Assembly (NCBI GenBank): GCA_963846795.1
Contig: CAWJXJ010000010.1
Location: 35,673-99,672, forward strand
Direction of reading: 5' to 3'
Length of the DNA: 64,000 nt
Origin: an uncultured Acidobacteriaceae bacterium
Lineage (GTDB): Bacteria > Acidobacteriota > Terriglobia > Terriglobales > Acidobacteriaceae
Shown here: piece by piece, positions 8,543-17,686 of the stretch
How the letters are laid out: every line of letters starts with the position of its first letter
Position numbering within the stretch: the first letter of the stretch is position 1
Notes under the pieces: generated by a model
What the model saw: the letters and a program-made list of their open reading frames with translations, nothing else
What the model was told of the DNA's origin: nothing
Databases searched by the model: none
Translations under genes and position numbers: made by a program

Positions 8543-10201
8543 TCAGTTCATTTCGATATAGCCGCAAGGACACGCCTCGGCGCACTTCTTGCAGCCGTTA
8601 CATAACTCCAGTTTCACCTTGTAGTGTTCGCCCTTGGGCAGGCGCACGAAGCAGCTATTGCTGCAGTACATCCAGCAGGTCTCGCAATCCATGCACATGC
8701 CGCAGGACATACAGCGCTTGGCCTCTTCCACCACGTCGGCTTCGGTCAAGCCCAGTTCCACTTCGGTGTCAGGCTCGCGCTCGGCCACTGCCACATGCTG
8801 CCGCTCGTGCCGCGGCGCCGCCTTGTACCACTCCGGATGCACCTTGTCTTTGCCCACCAGCACCGGCACCGCCGGCTTCTGCAGCGGAACCCCGCGCAAG
8901 CGGGCATCGATGGCCTCGGCAGCAAAGCGCCCCTGGGCAATGGCGATGGTCACCAGCCCCAGGTCGGTATCATCCCCGCCGGCATAGACGCCGTCGACCG
9001 GGGTCACCCCGTAGTCGCCGGTCTTGATCCAGTCTTTTCCCGAATGCAACTCGTCGAAGCCCGCAAACTCCGGCTCCTGGCTGATGGCGGCAATGATGGC
9101 CGTCACCGGCAGCTCAAACTCGCTGCCTTCGATCGCCACCGGCCGCCGCCGTCCTGAGGCATCCGGCTCGCCCAGCTTCATGCGCAGCGAGCGCAGCGCG
9201 ACAGCGCGTCCCTCCGCCTGCAGCACCTCGACCGGCGCCGCCAGGAACTCGATCTTCACACCCTCTTCAATCGCGCCTTCAATCTCGGAAGCCGCTGCCG
9301 GCATCTCCGCCCGCGTCCGGCGATAAAGCAGCGTCACATCGGCGCCCAGCCGGTGGCTTACCCGTGCGGCATCGATTGCCGTATCCCCGCCGCCGATCAC
9401 CATCACCTTCTCGCCGATCTCGACCTTCTCGCCGCGATTCACCAGGTTCAGAAACTCCGTCCCGCCGAAGACATTCGGCGCCTCTTCCCCCGGAATCCTC
9501 AGCCGCAAACTCTTCTGCGCCCCGATGCCGACAAACACCGCCTGGTACTGCTGGCGCAGCTCCGCCATGGTCAGCTCGCGCCCGATCATGCAATCGCACT
9601 TCAGCTCCACCCCCAAGTCCAGGATGCGTTGGATCTCCGCATCCAGTACCTCGCGCGGCAGCCGGTAGCGCGGTATGCCGTAGCGCAGCATCCCGCCGGG
9701 CTGGGGAAAGGCTTCAAACACCGTCACCGCATAGCCCCGCCGGGCCAGTTGATAGGCGCACGACAGGCCGGCCGGCCCCGCTCCCACCACCGCCACTTTC
9801 TCCGTATGGGTTCCGTTGCTCAGTTTCGAAAGCTTCAGACCCTGGCTGATGCCAAAGTCCCCGAGGAAGCGCTCGATGGCGTTCACCGCCACTCCGCCAT
9901 CCTTCGCCGTGCGGTTGCAGTTGTCCTCGCAGGGATGCGGACACACCCTCCCGCAGACCGCCGGGAACGGGTTACGTTCCGCCAGCCGCTGCCACACCTG
10001 CTCGAAGGCCTGCTGGTTCGTCTGCCCATAGGCTTCCGCCTGTGCGATGGTGGTCAGCAGCTCGCGTATCTCGTTGCCGTTGGGACAATGTCCGGCGCAA
10101 GGCGGCGACTTGGCGAGGTAGCGCGGACGCAGGGGGCTGATGTCCCCGCCCCCAGTCGCCGTCTTGATTACCGGCTTTTTAACCTCTTTGAACAGCCCCA
10201 T
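8543..10201 (-). CDS. dsrL: DsrL-like NAD(P)H:acceptor oxidoreductase (GltD-like flavoprotein with a C-terminal ferredoxin domain).
   Basis: 552 aa. N-terminal Cys clusters (CAGHCP, CGRVCPHPCEDNC), dinucleotide folds VAVVGAGPAGLSCA and VMVIGGGDTAIDAA, and a C-terminal CMSCGMCMDCETC...CNGCKKCAEACPC. Sits between dsrB and dsrC. Confidence 0.85.
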   Translation of the reverse strand: MGLFKEVKKPVIKTATGGGDISPLRPRYLAKSPPCAGHCPNGNEIRELLTTIAQAEAYGQTNQQAFEQVWQRLAERNPFPAVCGRVCPHPCEDNCNRTAKDGGVAVNAIERFLGDFGISQGLKLSKLSNGTHTEKVAVVGAGPAGLSCAYQLARRGYAVTVFEAFPQPGGMLRYGIPRYRLPREVLDAEIQRILDLGVELKCDCMIGRELTMAELRQQYQAVFVGIGAQKSLRLRIPGEEAPNVFGGTEFLNLVNRGEKVEIGEKVMVIGGGDTAIDAARVSHRLGADVTLLYRRTRAEMPAAASEIEGAIEEGVKIEFLAAPVEVLQAEGRAVALRSLRMKLGEPDASGRRRPVAIEGSEFELPVTAIIAAISQEPEFAGFDELHSGKDWIKTGDYGVTPVDGVYAGGDDTDLGLVTIAIAQGRFAAEAIDARLRGVPLQKPAVPVLVGKDKVHPEWYKAAPRHERQHVAVAEREPDTEVELGLTEADVVEEAKRCMSCGMCMDCETCWMYCSNSCFVRLPKGEHYKVKLELCNGCKKCAEACPCGYIEMN

Positions 10202-10211
10202 GGCCCTTCCC

Positions 10212-10676
10212 TCACGCGTACGGATACAGGTTGCGTTTGAAGTCTTCCAGCTGATTCAGCAGCCGGTCATGCTTCTGCTCGTCCTCGGTCAGGTAGGTCA
10301 GCAGGTGCCGCTGCACGAACAGCCGGCAACTCTTGCGCGCCTTCTCCGCCAGCTCCAGCGTTTCCTTCTCCGCCGCCGCGTGCTGTTCGATCAGGTCCCA
10401 CACCTCGCCCAGCTCTTCCGGGGTCAGGCTGAAGGCCTGCTTCTCCACACTGTCCAGAATCGCCTGCTGCACCCGCTTGTGCATGGCCGAGTCCTGGCGG
10501 ATGATCTCCATCACCAACTGGATCAGCGGATTGTGCGTCTTGCCGATGATGGCCGAGGTCTGCGCGATACTTTCCTGCTCGATCTCCTGCCAGCGCCGCA
10601 AGACGGTCTTCAGTTCGTCCAGGTTGCCGGCCGCCGGCTTCGCAACTGCTTGCTTCGTGATTGTCGACATGCTCAC
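10212..10676 (-). CDS. Uncharacterised all-helical 154-aa protein inside the dsr operon (possible ferritin-like / four-helix-bundle fold).
   Basis: Tightly packed between dsrB (12-nt gap) and dsrL (10-nt gap). Charged helical sequence with ExxH-type spacing (EDEQKH, SAMHKRV). I cannot assign a family. Confidence 0.7.
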   Translation of the reverse strand: MSMSTITKQAVAKPAAGNLDELKTVLRRWQEIEQESIAQTSAIIGKTHNPLIQLVMEIIRQDSAMHKRVQQAILDSVEKQAFSLTPEELGEVWDLIEQHAAAEKETLELAEKARKSCRLFVQRHLLTYLTEDEQKHDRLLNQLEDFKRNLYPYA

Positions 10677-10688
10677 TGTCTCCCCTCC

Positions 10689-11777
10689 TTAGTAGCGGAC
10701 ATGCGCTGAGCGGGCAAAGGTCAGCCCCGCGTGCTTGAAGTCGTCAATGTGGTAGCGGGTGAACTCGAAGCCGGTCAGCTGGAAGAAACGCGGCCAGCCC
10801 ACCCGCTCGATCCACTCGCCCATGCGCTCATACTTGCGGGCATGCTCGGCGTACACCTTGACGATGGTGGTCACCGCGTCCACCACTTCCGGCCAGCGCG
10901 GCGGGTTGTTGGGCAAAAACGGTATCGCCAGCTTGGAGAACTTCGGCGTACTGCGCGCGTTGCTCACCTTGCCCCCGACCCAGATCGAGAGCCCGTCGTT
11001 TTCCGGATCGGCCAGCGGCATGGCCGGGCACACCGTGTAGCAGTTGCCGCAGTACATGCACTGTTCCTCGATCACTTCCACCGAGTTCGTGCCCCCCACC
11101 GTCGCCGGCCGGATCGCCCCGGTCGGGCAGGAAGAGATCAGCGTCGGCACCTCGCATACCCGCGGCAGCAGTTCGTGCTTGATCTGCGGCGGCTTGCGGT
11201 GAACCCCCAGAATGGCGATATCGGAGCAATGCACCGCCCCGCACATGTTCAGGCAGCAGGCCAGCGCGATGCGCAACTTGGCCGGCAGGTCCTCATGCGT
11301 GAAGTGCTCGCACACCGCGTCCATCACCGCCTTCACGATGCCCGAGGCGTCGGTCGCCGCCGAGTGGCAATGCACCCAGCCCTGGGTGTGCACGATGTTG
11401 CTGATCGAGTTGTTGGTCCCGCCCACCGGAAAACCATTCGCCAACAGCTCCTGCTTCAACGGCTCGATCTGGCTCGCGTCCTCCAGCAGAAACTCAACGT
11501 TGTTGCGGCTGGTGAAGCGCAGATAGCCGCCGCAGTACTTGTCCGCCAGCGCGGCGAACAGGCGCAGCGTCTGGATGCTGATCAGCCGTGGCGAGGCGGC
11601 GCGCACCGTATACAGCCGCGCCCCCGACTCGGCTACGTGGCACAGCACTCCCGGCGCCAGGTTCTCGTGATACTTCCATAGCCCGTAGTTCTGCTTCACT
11701 AGCGGCGGCAGGAACTTGTCATAGGACGGCGGCCCTATATCGGTCAGTCTGGGTTGCGCAGTCACGGTCGTGCTCAT
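10689..11777 (-). CDS. dsrB: Dissimilatory sulfite reductase beta subunit.
   Basis: 362 aa. [16 protein letters not shown] and the ferredoxin motif [16 protein letters not shown] overlap with dsrA. Confidence 0.95.
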   Translation of the reverse strand: MSTTVTAQPRLTDIGPPSYDKFLPPLVKQNYGLWKYHENLAPGVLCHVAESGARLYTVRAASPRLISIQTLRLFAALADKYCGGYLRFTSRNNVEFLLEDASQIEPLKQELLANGFPVGGTNNSISNIVHTQGWVHCHSAATDASGIVKAVMDAVCEHFTHEDLPAKLRIALACCLNMCGAVHCSDIAILGVHRKPPQIKHELLPRVCEVPTLISSCPTGAIRPATVGGTNSVEVIEEQCMYCGNCYTVCPAMPLADPENDGLSIWVGGKVSNARSTPKFSKLAIPFLPNNPPRWPEVVDAVTTIVKVYAEHARKYERMGEWIERVGWPRFFQLTGFEFTRYHIDDFKHAGLTFARSAHVRY

Positions 11778-12976
11778 TGCTCACCTCCCTGGACTTTCTG
11801 TTGGAAGTAGATATATGGGTTGTCACGCGGCGCCGACACCATCTCCGGCACCGGATCCAGGCCAATGCCATCCAGAAACGCCGGCATTCCGATGCGCTGA
11901 ATCATCTCCCCCACTCGTTCCCGGTTCTTGCCGTACTCGTCCCAGAACTCCCAGATCCGCCCCACCAGCTCCTTGATCGTCTCTTCCAGCTCCGCGGCGG
12001 GAACGAACGGGATCAGCACCGACGACAGCAGCGCCCCCTGCATGATCGGCGCCTTGGCCCCGATCAAAAGCACCGCTCCCCGCTCTTTGCCCGGCCGCAG
12101 CGCCTTGGGCATCACGTTGATGCAGTGCATGCAATGCACGCATTCATGGTTCTGAATGCTCACCTGCTTGCCGTCCCACTGGAAACTCTTGGCGGGACAC
12201 ATCTCGCAGATCTCCTTCTGGATGTCCATCCCCGCCGCCACATACTTGGCCACTTCCGCCTGGTCCACCTGCATCTCGTCCTTCCAGGTGCCAATCACCG
12301 ACAGGTCGGCGCGCGCCGCCGAAGCCACGCAGTCATTGGGGCAGCCCGCACACTTGATCTTGAACTTGTAGGCGAAGGCCGGCCGGTGCAGCTCGTCCTG
12401 ATAGTTCATGGTCAGGTCGTAGCACAGCTTCATGGTGTCGTAGCAGGCCCACTCGCAACGCGCCTGCCCCACGCAGCACGACGGGGTGCGCAGGTCGGAG
12501 CCCGAGCCCCCCAGGTCAAAGCCGGCCTGCGCCAGCTCCTGGAAGGTCGGCTCCAGTTGGTCGGTCGTGGTGCCCAGCAGAATGACGTCGCCGGTCGAGC
12601 CGTGCATGTTGGTCAAGCCCGAGCCGTGTTTCTCCCAGATGTCGCAGATGGTGCGCAGCGCCTCGCTGGTGTAGAACCAGCCCGCGGGATGGTTGATGCG
12701 CATGGTATGGAAGTGCGCGATGTTAGGAAACTGCTCGCCCAGGTCGCTGTAGCGGCCAATGACGCCGCCGCCGTAGCCCAGCACCCCCACCAGGCCGCCA
12801 TGTTTCCAATGGCCTTTCTTCTCCTGGTAGGAGAGTTCCAGTTGTCCCAACAGGTCCTTGGGAGCATCACTGGTCTGGCAGGCAGACTTGATCTCTTTTA
12901 CGAAACTGGGCCAGGGGCCCTTCTCCAGCTCGTCCAGCAGCGCCGTCTTGGGCTTGCCGTTGCCTTCTTCCGCCAT
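11774..12976 (-). CDS. dsrA: Dissimilatory sulfite reductase alpha subunit.
   Basis: 400 aa. [25 protein letters not shown] and [13 protein letters not shown] motifs. RBS AAGGAGA. Confidence 0.95.
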   Translation of the reverse strand: MAEEGNGKPKTALLDELEKGPWPSFVKEIKSACQTSDAPKDLLGQLELSYQEKKGHWKHGGLVGVLGYGGGVIGRYSDLGEQFPNIAHFHTMRINHPAGWFYTSEALRTICDIWEKHGSGLTNMHGSTGDVILLGTTTDQLEPTFQELAQAGFDLGGSGSDLRTPSCCVGQARCEWACYDTMKLCYDLTMNYQDELHRPAFAYKFKIKCAGCPNDCVASAARADLSVIGTWKDEMQVDQAEVAKYVAAGMDIQKEICEMCPAKSFQWDGKQVSIQNHECVHCMHCINVMPKALRPGKERGAVLLIGAKAPIMQGALLSSVLIPFVPAAELEETIKELVGRIWEFWDEYGKNRERVGEMIQRIGMPAFLDGIGLDPVPEMVSAPRDNPYIYFQQKVQGGEQ

Positions 12977-13325
12977 ATCTCACATTCTCCTTGGCTGGCT
13001 GGTGGCGCCGACGGTGGACTGGGGATTCGCCATGGCAGCCTGGCCATCGCAGCGCTTGCCGGCGGCTGATCGGCCATGCGGTGGGGCTGCGATGGACTCG
13101 CAAATCCACTATGCCTGAGCGGCGACGCACCCTACGGTGACGTCCGTCACTCTGTTGCGTGAGAGTTAGACGAACCCAGCATGACATGCTTAACTAACTA
13201 GAACTGACAATACCTACTTAGTCGAGTGTGTTAGTCGTGTTACTTATCTCACCCCCTGACCCGCTGCTTTCCCACCCCCCTACCCCTTCCCAATTATCTT
13301 CATAACTACTTCACACCCTACTCGC
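12440..13325. repeat. Copy 2 of the approximately 885-bp duplication.
   Basis: See copy 1 (1-885). Confidence 0.95.
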
Positions 13326-14114
13326 CGAAAGTAGGTTATCTTAACCAGTGGCCATAAATCGTCTGTATTATGCAGATGTCATCGCCAACTATAGTAATAC
13401 AGGCATAAAAACTGATGATTTGTATTGTCTCGTCAATATAGTCTCGTAGTTACTGTATAGCGTCGAATGGCCATAGAATCGCTGATATATCTTGACTGCT
13501 CGCTATCTAATCGTAAATAGCTGGCCCCATCCAGGCGATATATATGAATGCGACATTGCAGAAGTTACATTTTCGAAATAACTCTATCGAGATGGTAGAC
13601 AATCTATAGTTGCTGGTTCTGCTTGGATAATAGTTCTCTTCTCACGTATGAACGTGACCCCGGTCACCGCAATAGACATCTGCCACAGTGCATAGTCAAC
13701 TAGTTCGATGATTCAGGGCCGCAATTCTGCCCTGCGAACACAGCAAAACATGTTGCGCGACGAGAGTTGTCACGGCGGCGATGAGGATCGGGCTGAGCAG
13801 GTCCGGCGAGACCAGGCGAACAGTGTCCTCCTGGTTTCAACGGATGCACGCGACTGCTTGACCACAGCGTTGCCGGGCAGTTCCCAGCGATCACCGCCTG
13901 ACTGTCACTACTGACGATCACTCCAGATGGATTCCAGACTGCCACGGCAGTCGGCTATTTGCGAAGAAGATGCTTACGATTCACAGTTCGGTTCGGCTTC
14001 ATTCAATGGTTTACCCGAGCAATACCGCAGTTTCTTCGCAGGTGCAGTCCGTCGGGGCCACACATATACCCCTGTTCGAGGCCGCCGGCAAACGCGACGG
14101 CCGGGAGGTGCTTA

Positions 14115-14573
14115 GTGCCGAGTTACGTAATTCCTGATAAATGCGATGGGTGCAAGGCGTTGGACAAAACAGCCTGCCAACACATTTGCCCCAACGATCT
14201 GATGGTGCTCGACAAGGAAAAGATGAAGGCTTACAACCGCGATCCTATGATGTGCTGGGAGTGCTACAACTGCGTGAAGATTTGCCCCACCCAGGCAGTG
14301 CAGGTTCGTGGCTATGCCGACTTCGTTCCCTTGGGAGCATCCGCGGTTCCTCTCCGCTCCACCGACACCATCCTCTGGACTGTCACGTTCAGGGATGGCA
14401 CGCTGAAGCGTTTCAAATTCCCCATCCGTAGCACACCGGAAGGCACAGCGGTACCGAGTGGTGGTTTTGAGACCAAAGCGGATCTCAACAGCACCGCCCT
14501 CTACACCGAGCCGGCCTCACTGGGCTTGCCCGAGGTGGTTGGTTTAAGCAAAACCGGAGGTGCTCATGCCTAA
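14115..14573 (+). CDS. aprB: Adenylylsulfate (APS) reductase beta subunit.
   Basis: GTG start after GGGAGG. (M)PSYVIPDKCDGCKALDKTACQHICPNDLMVLD and CWECYNCVKICP. The long upstream extension of ORF 13959.. is not AprB-like. Confidence 0.9.
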   Translation: MPSYVIPDKCDGCKALDKTACQHICPNDLMVLDKEKMKAYNRDPMMCWECYNCVKICPTQAVQVRGYADFVPLGASAVPLRSTDTILWTVTFRDGTLKRFKFPIRSTPEGTAVPSGGFETKADLNSTALYTEPASLGLPEVVGLSKTGGAHA

Positions 14574-16509
14574 GTTCGAAACTGTTGTAGTAGAAACTGA
14601 TGTCTTGATTCTGGGCGGTGGCATGGCAGCCTGTGGCGCCGCTGTAGAGGCCGCTTATTGGGCCAAGCAGAACGGTCTGAAAGTGGTCTTGGTAGACAAA
14701 GCCGCAGTCGATCGCTCTGGAGCCGTGGCCATGGGTCTGTCGGCCATCAACCAGTACGTTGGGCTGAAGGATGGCACCAACACCCTGAAGGACTATGTTG
14801 ACTACGTCCGCAACGATCTCATGGGCGTCACCCGTGAGGACCTGGTAGCCAACATTGCCCGTCACGTGGACTCTTCCGTCCATCTCTTCGAGAAGTGGGG
14901 TCTGCCCATCTGGAAGGACAAGGACGGCAAGTACGTTCATGAAGGCCGTTGGCAGCTCATGATCAACGGCGAGTCCTATAAGGTGATCGTCGCCGAAGCG
15001 GCCAAGAACGCGTTCCGCGAAACAGGTGTAGGAGAGATTTACGAACGCGTGTTCATCGTTGGTCCGCTGCTGGATGGGGACCGCTGCGCCGGCGCGGTGG
15101 GCTTCTCTATCCGCGAGAACAAGCTGTTCATCTTCCGGGCGAAAGCAACCCTGGATGCAATGGGCGGCGCGGTCCACGTATTCAAACCCCGGAGCAGTGG
15201 CGAAGGTATGGGCCGCGCGTGGTATCCACCGTGGAATTCCGGCTCCTCCGCCTACTTCACTCTCAAGGCCGGGGCGGAAATGACCTGCCAGGAAGTGCGG
15301 TTCATCCCGGTGCGTTTCAAGGATGCCTACGGACCGGTGGGTGCATGGTTCCTTCTGTTCAAGTCGCGTGCCACCAACGCCATGGGCGGCAATTACATGG
15401 TGGAGCGCGCAGCAGAATTGGAGAAGTGGGGACCTTACGGGCGGGTAAAGCCGGTTCCGGCCAACCTGCGCAACTATCTTGGAATGCTCGACGTGCTGGA
15501 TGGAAAAGGGCCGATTTCAATGCGTACGGAAGAAGCCCTGACCAAGATCGCCGATCAGTACAAGGACGACCCCAAGGCCTACCAGAAAAAGATGAAGGAG
15601 TTGGAGTCGGAAGCCTGGGAAGACTTCCTCGACATGACGATTTCGCAAGCTATTCTGTGGGCCGCAACCAATGTGCGACCGGAACAGAAGAGCTCCGAGA
15701 TCGCCGCTGCCGAGCCTTACTTCATTGGCTCCCACTCCGGTGCCTCCGGCGCCTGGGTCAGCGGTCCCGAAGACCTGCAAACCGGTGAAACCAAGTCGCA
15801 ATACTTCTGGGGATATCCCTGCATGTCAACCGTGAAAGGGTTGTTCTGCGCAGGGGATGCTTCCGGCGCATCGAGCCACAAGTTCTCCTCCGGCTCGCAT
15901 GCGGAAGGTCGTATCGCTGCCAAGGCTGCGGTAAAGTACGTGGTCGATAACAACACCCTACCCAAGCTGGATCAGGCTGCCATCGACAAGCTGGCCGCCG
16001 AAATCCTGCAGCCGATGGAGACGTTCGAGAAGAATAAGAACGCCACCACCGACGAAGATGTCAATCCCAACTACATCAAACCGCGCTCGTTCATGTTCCG
16101 TTTGCAGAAGATCATGGACGAATACGCCGGTGGGGTGACTGCCCAGTTCATGACCAACAAGCCCCAGTTAGAGCGGGCCCTCGAACTACTGGCCTTTCTG
16201 AAGGAAGACTCGGATAAGCTGGCCGCTTCGAACCTGCACGAACTGATGCGCTGCTGGGAGAACGTGCACCGTATGTGGCAGGCGGAAGCGCACGTCCGCA
16301 CGGTGCTGTTCCGTGAGGAGACGCGTTGGCCGGGCTACTACTTCCGTTCGGATACACCCAAGCTGGATGAAGACAAGTGGCACGTCTTCGCCAACTGCCG
16401 GTGCGATCCCGCCACTGGAAAGTGGGAGATGCTGACTCGTCCCATTCTCCACGTGTTCGAGACAGTAAAAACCAAAGAGCCGGAGCCGGTAGCGGCAGCG
16501 GCCCGTTAA
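14566..16509 (+). CDS. aprA: Adenylylsulfate (APS) reductase alpha subunit.
   Basis: MPKFETVVVETDVLILGGGMAACGAAVEAA (FAD fold). About 647 aa. 8-nt overlap with aprB. RBS GGAGG. Confidence 0.95.
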   Translation: MPKFETVVVETDVLILGGGMAACGAAVEAAYWAKQNGLKVVLVDKAAVDRSGAVAMGLSAINQYVGLKDGTNTLKDYVDYVRNDLMGVTREDLVANIARHVDSSVHLFEKWGLPIWKDKDGKYVHEGRWQLMINGESYKVIVAEAAKNAFRETGVGEIYERVFIVGPLLDGDRCAGAVGFSIRENKLFIFRAKATLDAMGGAVHVFKPRSSGEGMGRAWYPPWNSGSSAYFTLKAGAEMTCQEVRFIPVRFKDAYGPVGAWFLLFKSRATNAMGGNYMVERAAELEKWGPYGRVKPVPANLRNYLGMLDVLDGKGPISMRTEEALTKIADQYKDDPKAYQKKMKELESEAWEDFLDMTISQAILWAATNVRPEQKSSEIAAAEPYFIGSHSGASGAWVSGPEDLQTGETKSQYFWGYPCMSTVKGLFCAGDASGASSHKFSSGSHAEGRIAAKAAVKYVVDNNTLPKLDQAAIDKLAAEILQPMETFEKNKNATTDEDVNPNYIKPRSFMFRLQKIMDEYAGGVTAQFMTNKPQLERALELLAFLKEDSDKLAASNLHELMRCWENVHRMWQAEAHVRTVLFREETRWPGYYFRSDTPKLDEDKWHVFANCRCDPATGKWEMLTRPILHVFETVKTKEPEPVAAAAR

Positions 16510-16515
16510 CAGGTC

Positions 16516-16544
16516 GCGAGGTCCCGCGATAACCGGGACCTCGC
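16516..16544 (+). terminator. Strong intercistronic hairpin just after the aprA stop (attenuator or mRNA-stabiliser candidate).
   Basis: GCGAGGTCCCG-CGATAAC-CGGGACCTCGC, an 11-bp perfect stem. No U-tract. Confidence 0.45.
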
Positions 16545-16566
16545 ACCCTCATACAAAGGTTGGCCC

Positions 16567-16854
16567 ATGGCCGAGGAATCACAAAAAGTTTGTCCCCATT
16601 GCCACCGACCATTGGTGCGCTGGAAGAATCCCCCGCTGGCCTCTTGGGACGGCGAATACCAGTATGTGTGCTTCAACGATGACTGCGCCTATTTTGTGGG
16701 CGGCTGGGTATGGATGAAGGACCGTTTCAATGTGAATGCTTCCTATCGCTATCGCCTGGAGCCGAACACCGGGGACAGTGGTCCGCTGCCCGTGTGGTCG
16801 CGCGACGCGATGAAGAGCAATATTTTGCCGGACGAGGATGGACGAGATGTCTGA
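16567..16854 (+). CDS. Small Cys-rich (zinc-ribbon-like) protein of unknown function.
   Basis: 95 aa with CPHC...VCFNDDC. Lies between aprA and qmoA and overlaps the next gene. Confidence 0.6.
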   Translation: MAEESQKVCPHCHRPLVRWKNPPLASWDGEYQYVCFNDDCAYFVGGWVWMKDRFNVNASYRYRLEPNTGDSGPLPVWSRDAMKSNILPDEDGRDV

Positions 16855-17680
16855 AAACCAGGTAACACCCGAGCAGATTCTGCAGGAAAGCCCGCGCCTG
16901 AAGCTGGACAGTTGCTTCAACTTCGCCTGCGGACCCGATAAAGACTGTTTCAATTCCTGCTGCCACGACGTGGCAATTCTGCTTTCACCCTACGACGTGC
17001 TGCGGCTTAAGCATGCACTTAAGATGAACTCTTCCGAGTTTCTTGAGAAGTACACGCTCACCACCGCCTCTCACGACAAGCGTGTTCCCGCCGTCCTGCT
17101 CAAGATGGACGAGCAGAGCCTGAAGTGTCCTTTGGTGAGCCAGCAAGGTTGCACCGTCTATGCCAACCGCCCGTGGGCCTGCCGCATGTATCCGCTGGGG
17201 ATGGCTGAGCCCAAAGGTCCACAAGGCGCGGAGCAACGTTTTTATTTCATGGTCGAAGAAAAGCTCTGTCACGGACACGGCACGGGCAAGGAGTGCTCGG
17301 TGCGGGAGTGGATCGAGAACCAGGACATTGAGCCTTTCGACGAAATGCAGACTCCGTTTTTGGAATTCATGTCGCATCCGGGATGGGAGAAGCCGGAGGA
17401 GTTGAGCGCCGATTGTATGGCGATGTACTTCATGGCGCTGTACGACCTGGACCGCTTCCGCCGTTTTGTGTTCGACACCCGCTTCCTGGAACTGTTCGAA
17501 GTGGACGAGGCGCGCCTTCAGGCCCTGGCCGATGATGACGCAGAGTTGCTGGAGTTCGCCATCGACTGGCTGTCGTTCAGTCTGTTTCATGAGAAGCGGA
17601 TGAGGCTGAGAAAGCCCATCGCGTCCGCACCGTTGGCCACCTGCGGCGCAAGCCAAGCTAGCGCGAGTTCACCGGCCTAG
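16838..17680 (+). CDS. YkgJ/UPF0153-like putative Fe-S or Zn-chelating protein (CxxCxxCC family).
   Basis: [17 protein letters not shown] and [23 protein letters not shown]. An alternative start exists at 16847. Confidence 0.7.
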   Translation: MDEMSENQVTPEQILQESPRLKLDSCFNFACGPDKDCFNSCCHDVAILLSPYDVLRLKHALKMNSSEFLEKYTLTTASHDKRVPAVLLKMDEQSLKCPLVSQQGCTVYANRPWACRMYPLGMAEPKGPQGAEQRFYFMVEEKLCHGHGTGKECSVREWIENQDIEPFDEMQTPFLEFMSHPGWEKPEELSADCMAMYFMALYDLDRFRRFVFDTRFLELFEVDEARLQALADDDAELLEFAIDWLSFSLFHEKRMRLRKPIASAPLATCGASQASASSPA

Positions 17681-17686
17681 AGGATT

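Noticed and set aside
11588-13069. 493-aa plus-strand ORF opposite dsrA. The same issue applies to long antisense ORFs 9353..10240, 10731..11681, 37319..39475 (718 aa opposite metH), 48606..50255 (549 aa opposite groEL), 43761..44879 and 59478..60521.
   Set aside because: They are shadow ORFs of clearly identified genes on the other strand. Their Arg/Ala/Gly/His-rich low-complexity composition is typical of antisense frames in GC-rich DNA, and none shows a recognisable motif.
13959-14114. N-terminal 52-codon extension of aprB given by the ORF track.
   Set aside because: The extension is Arg/Pro-rich and not AprB-like. The conserved AprB N-terminus (PSYVIPDKCDGC) starts at the GTG at 14115, which follows a GGGAGG RBS.
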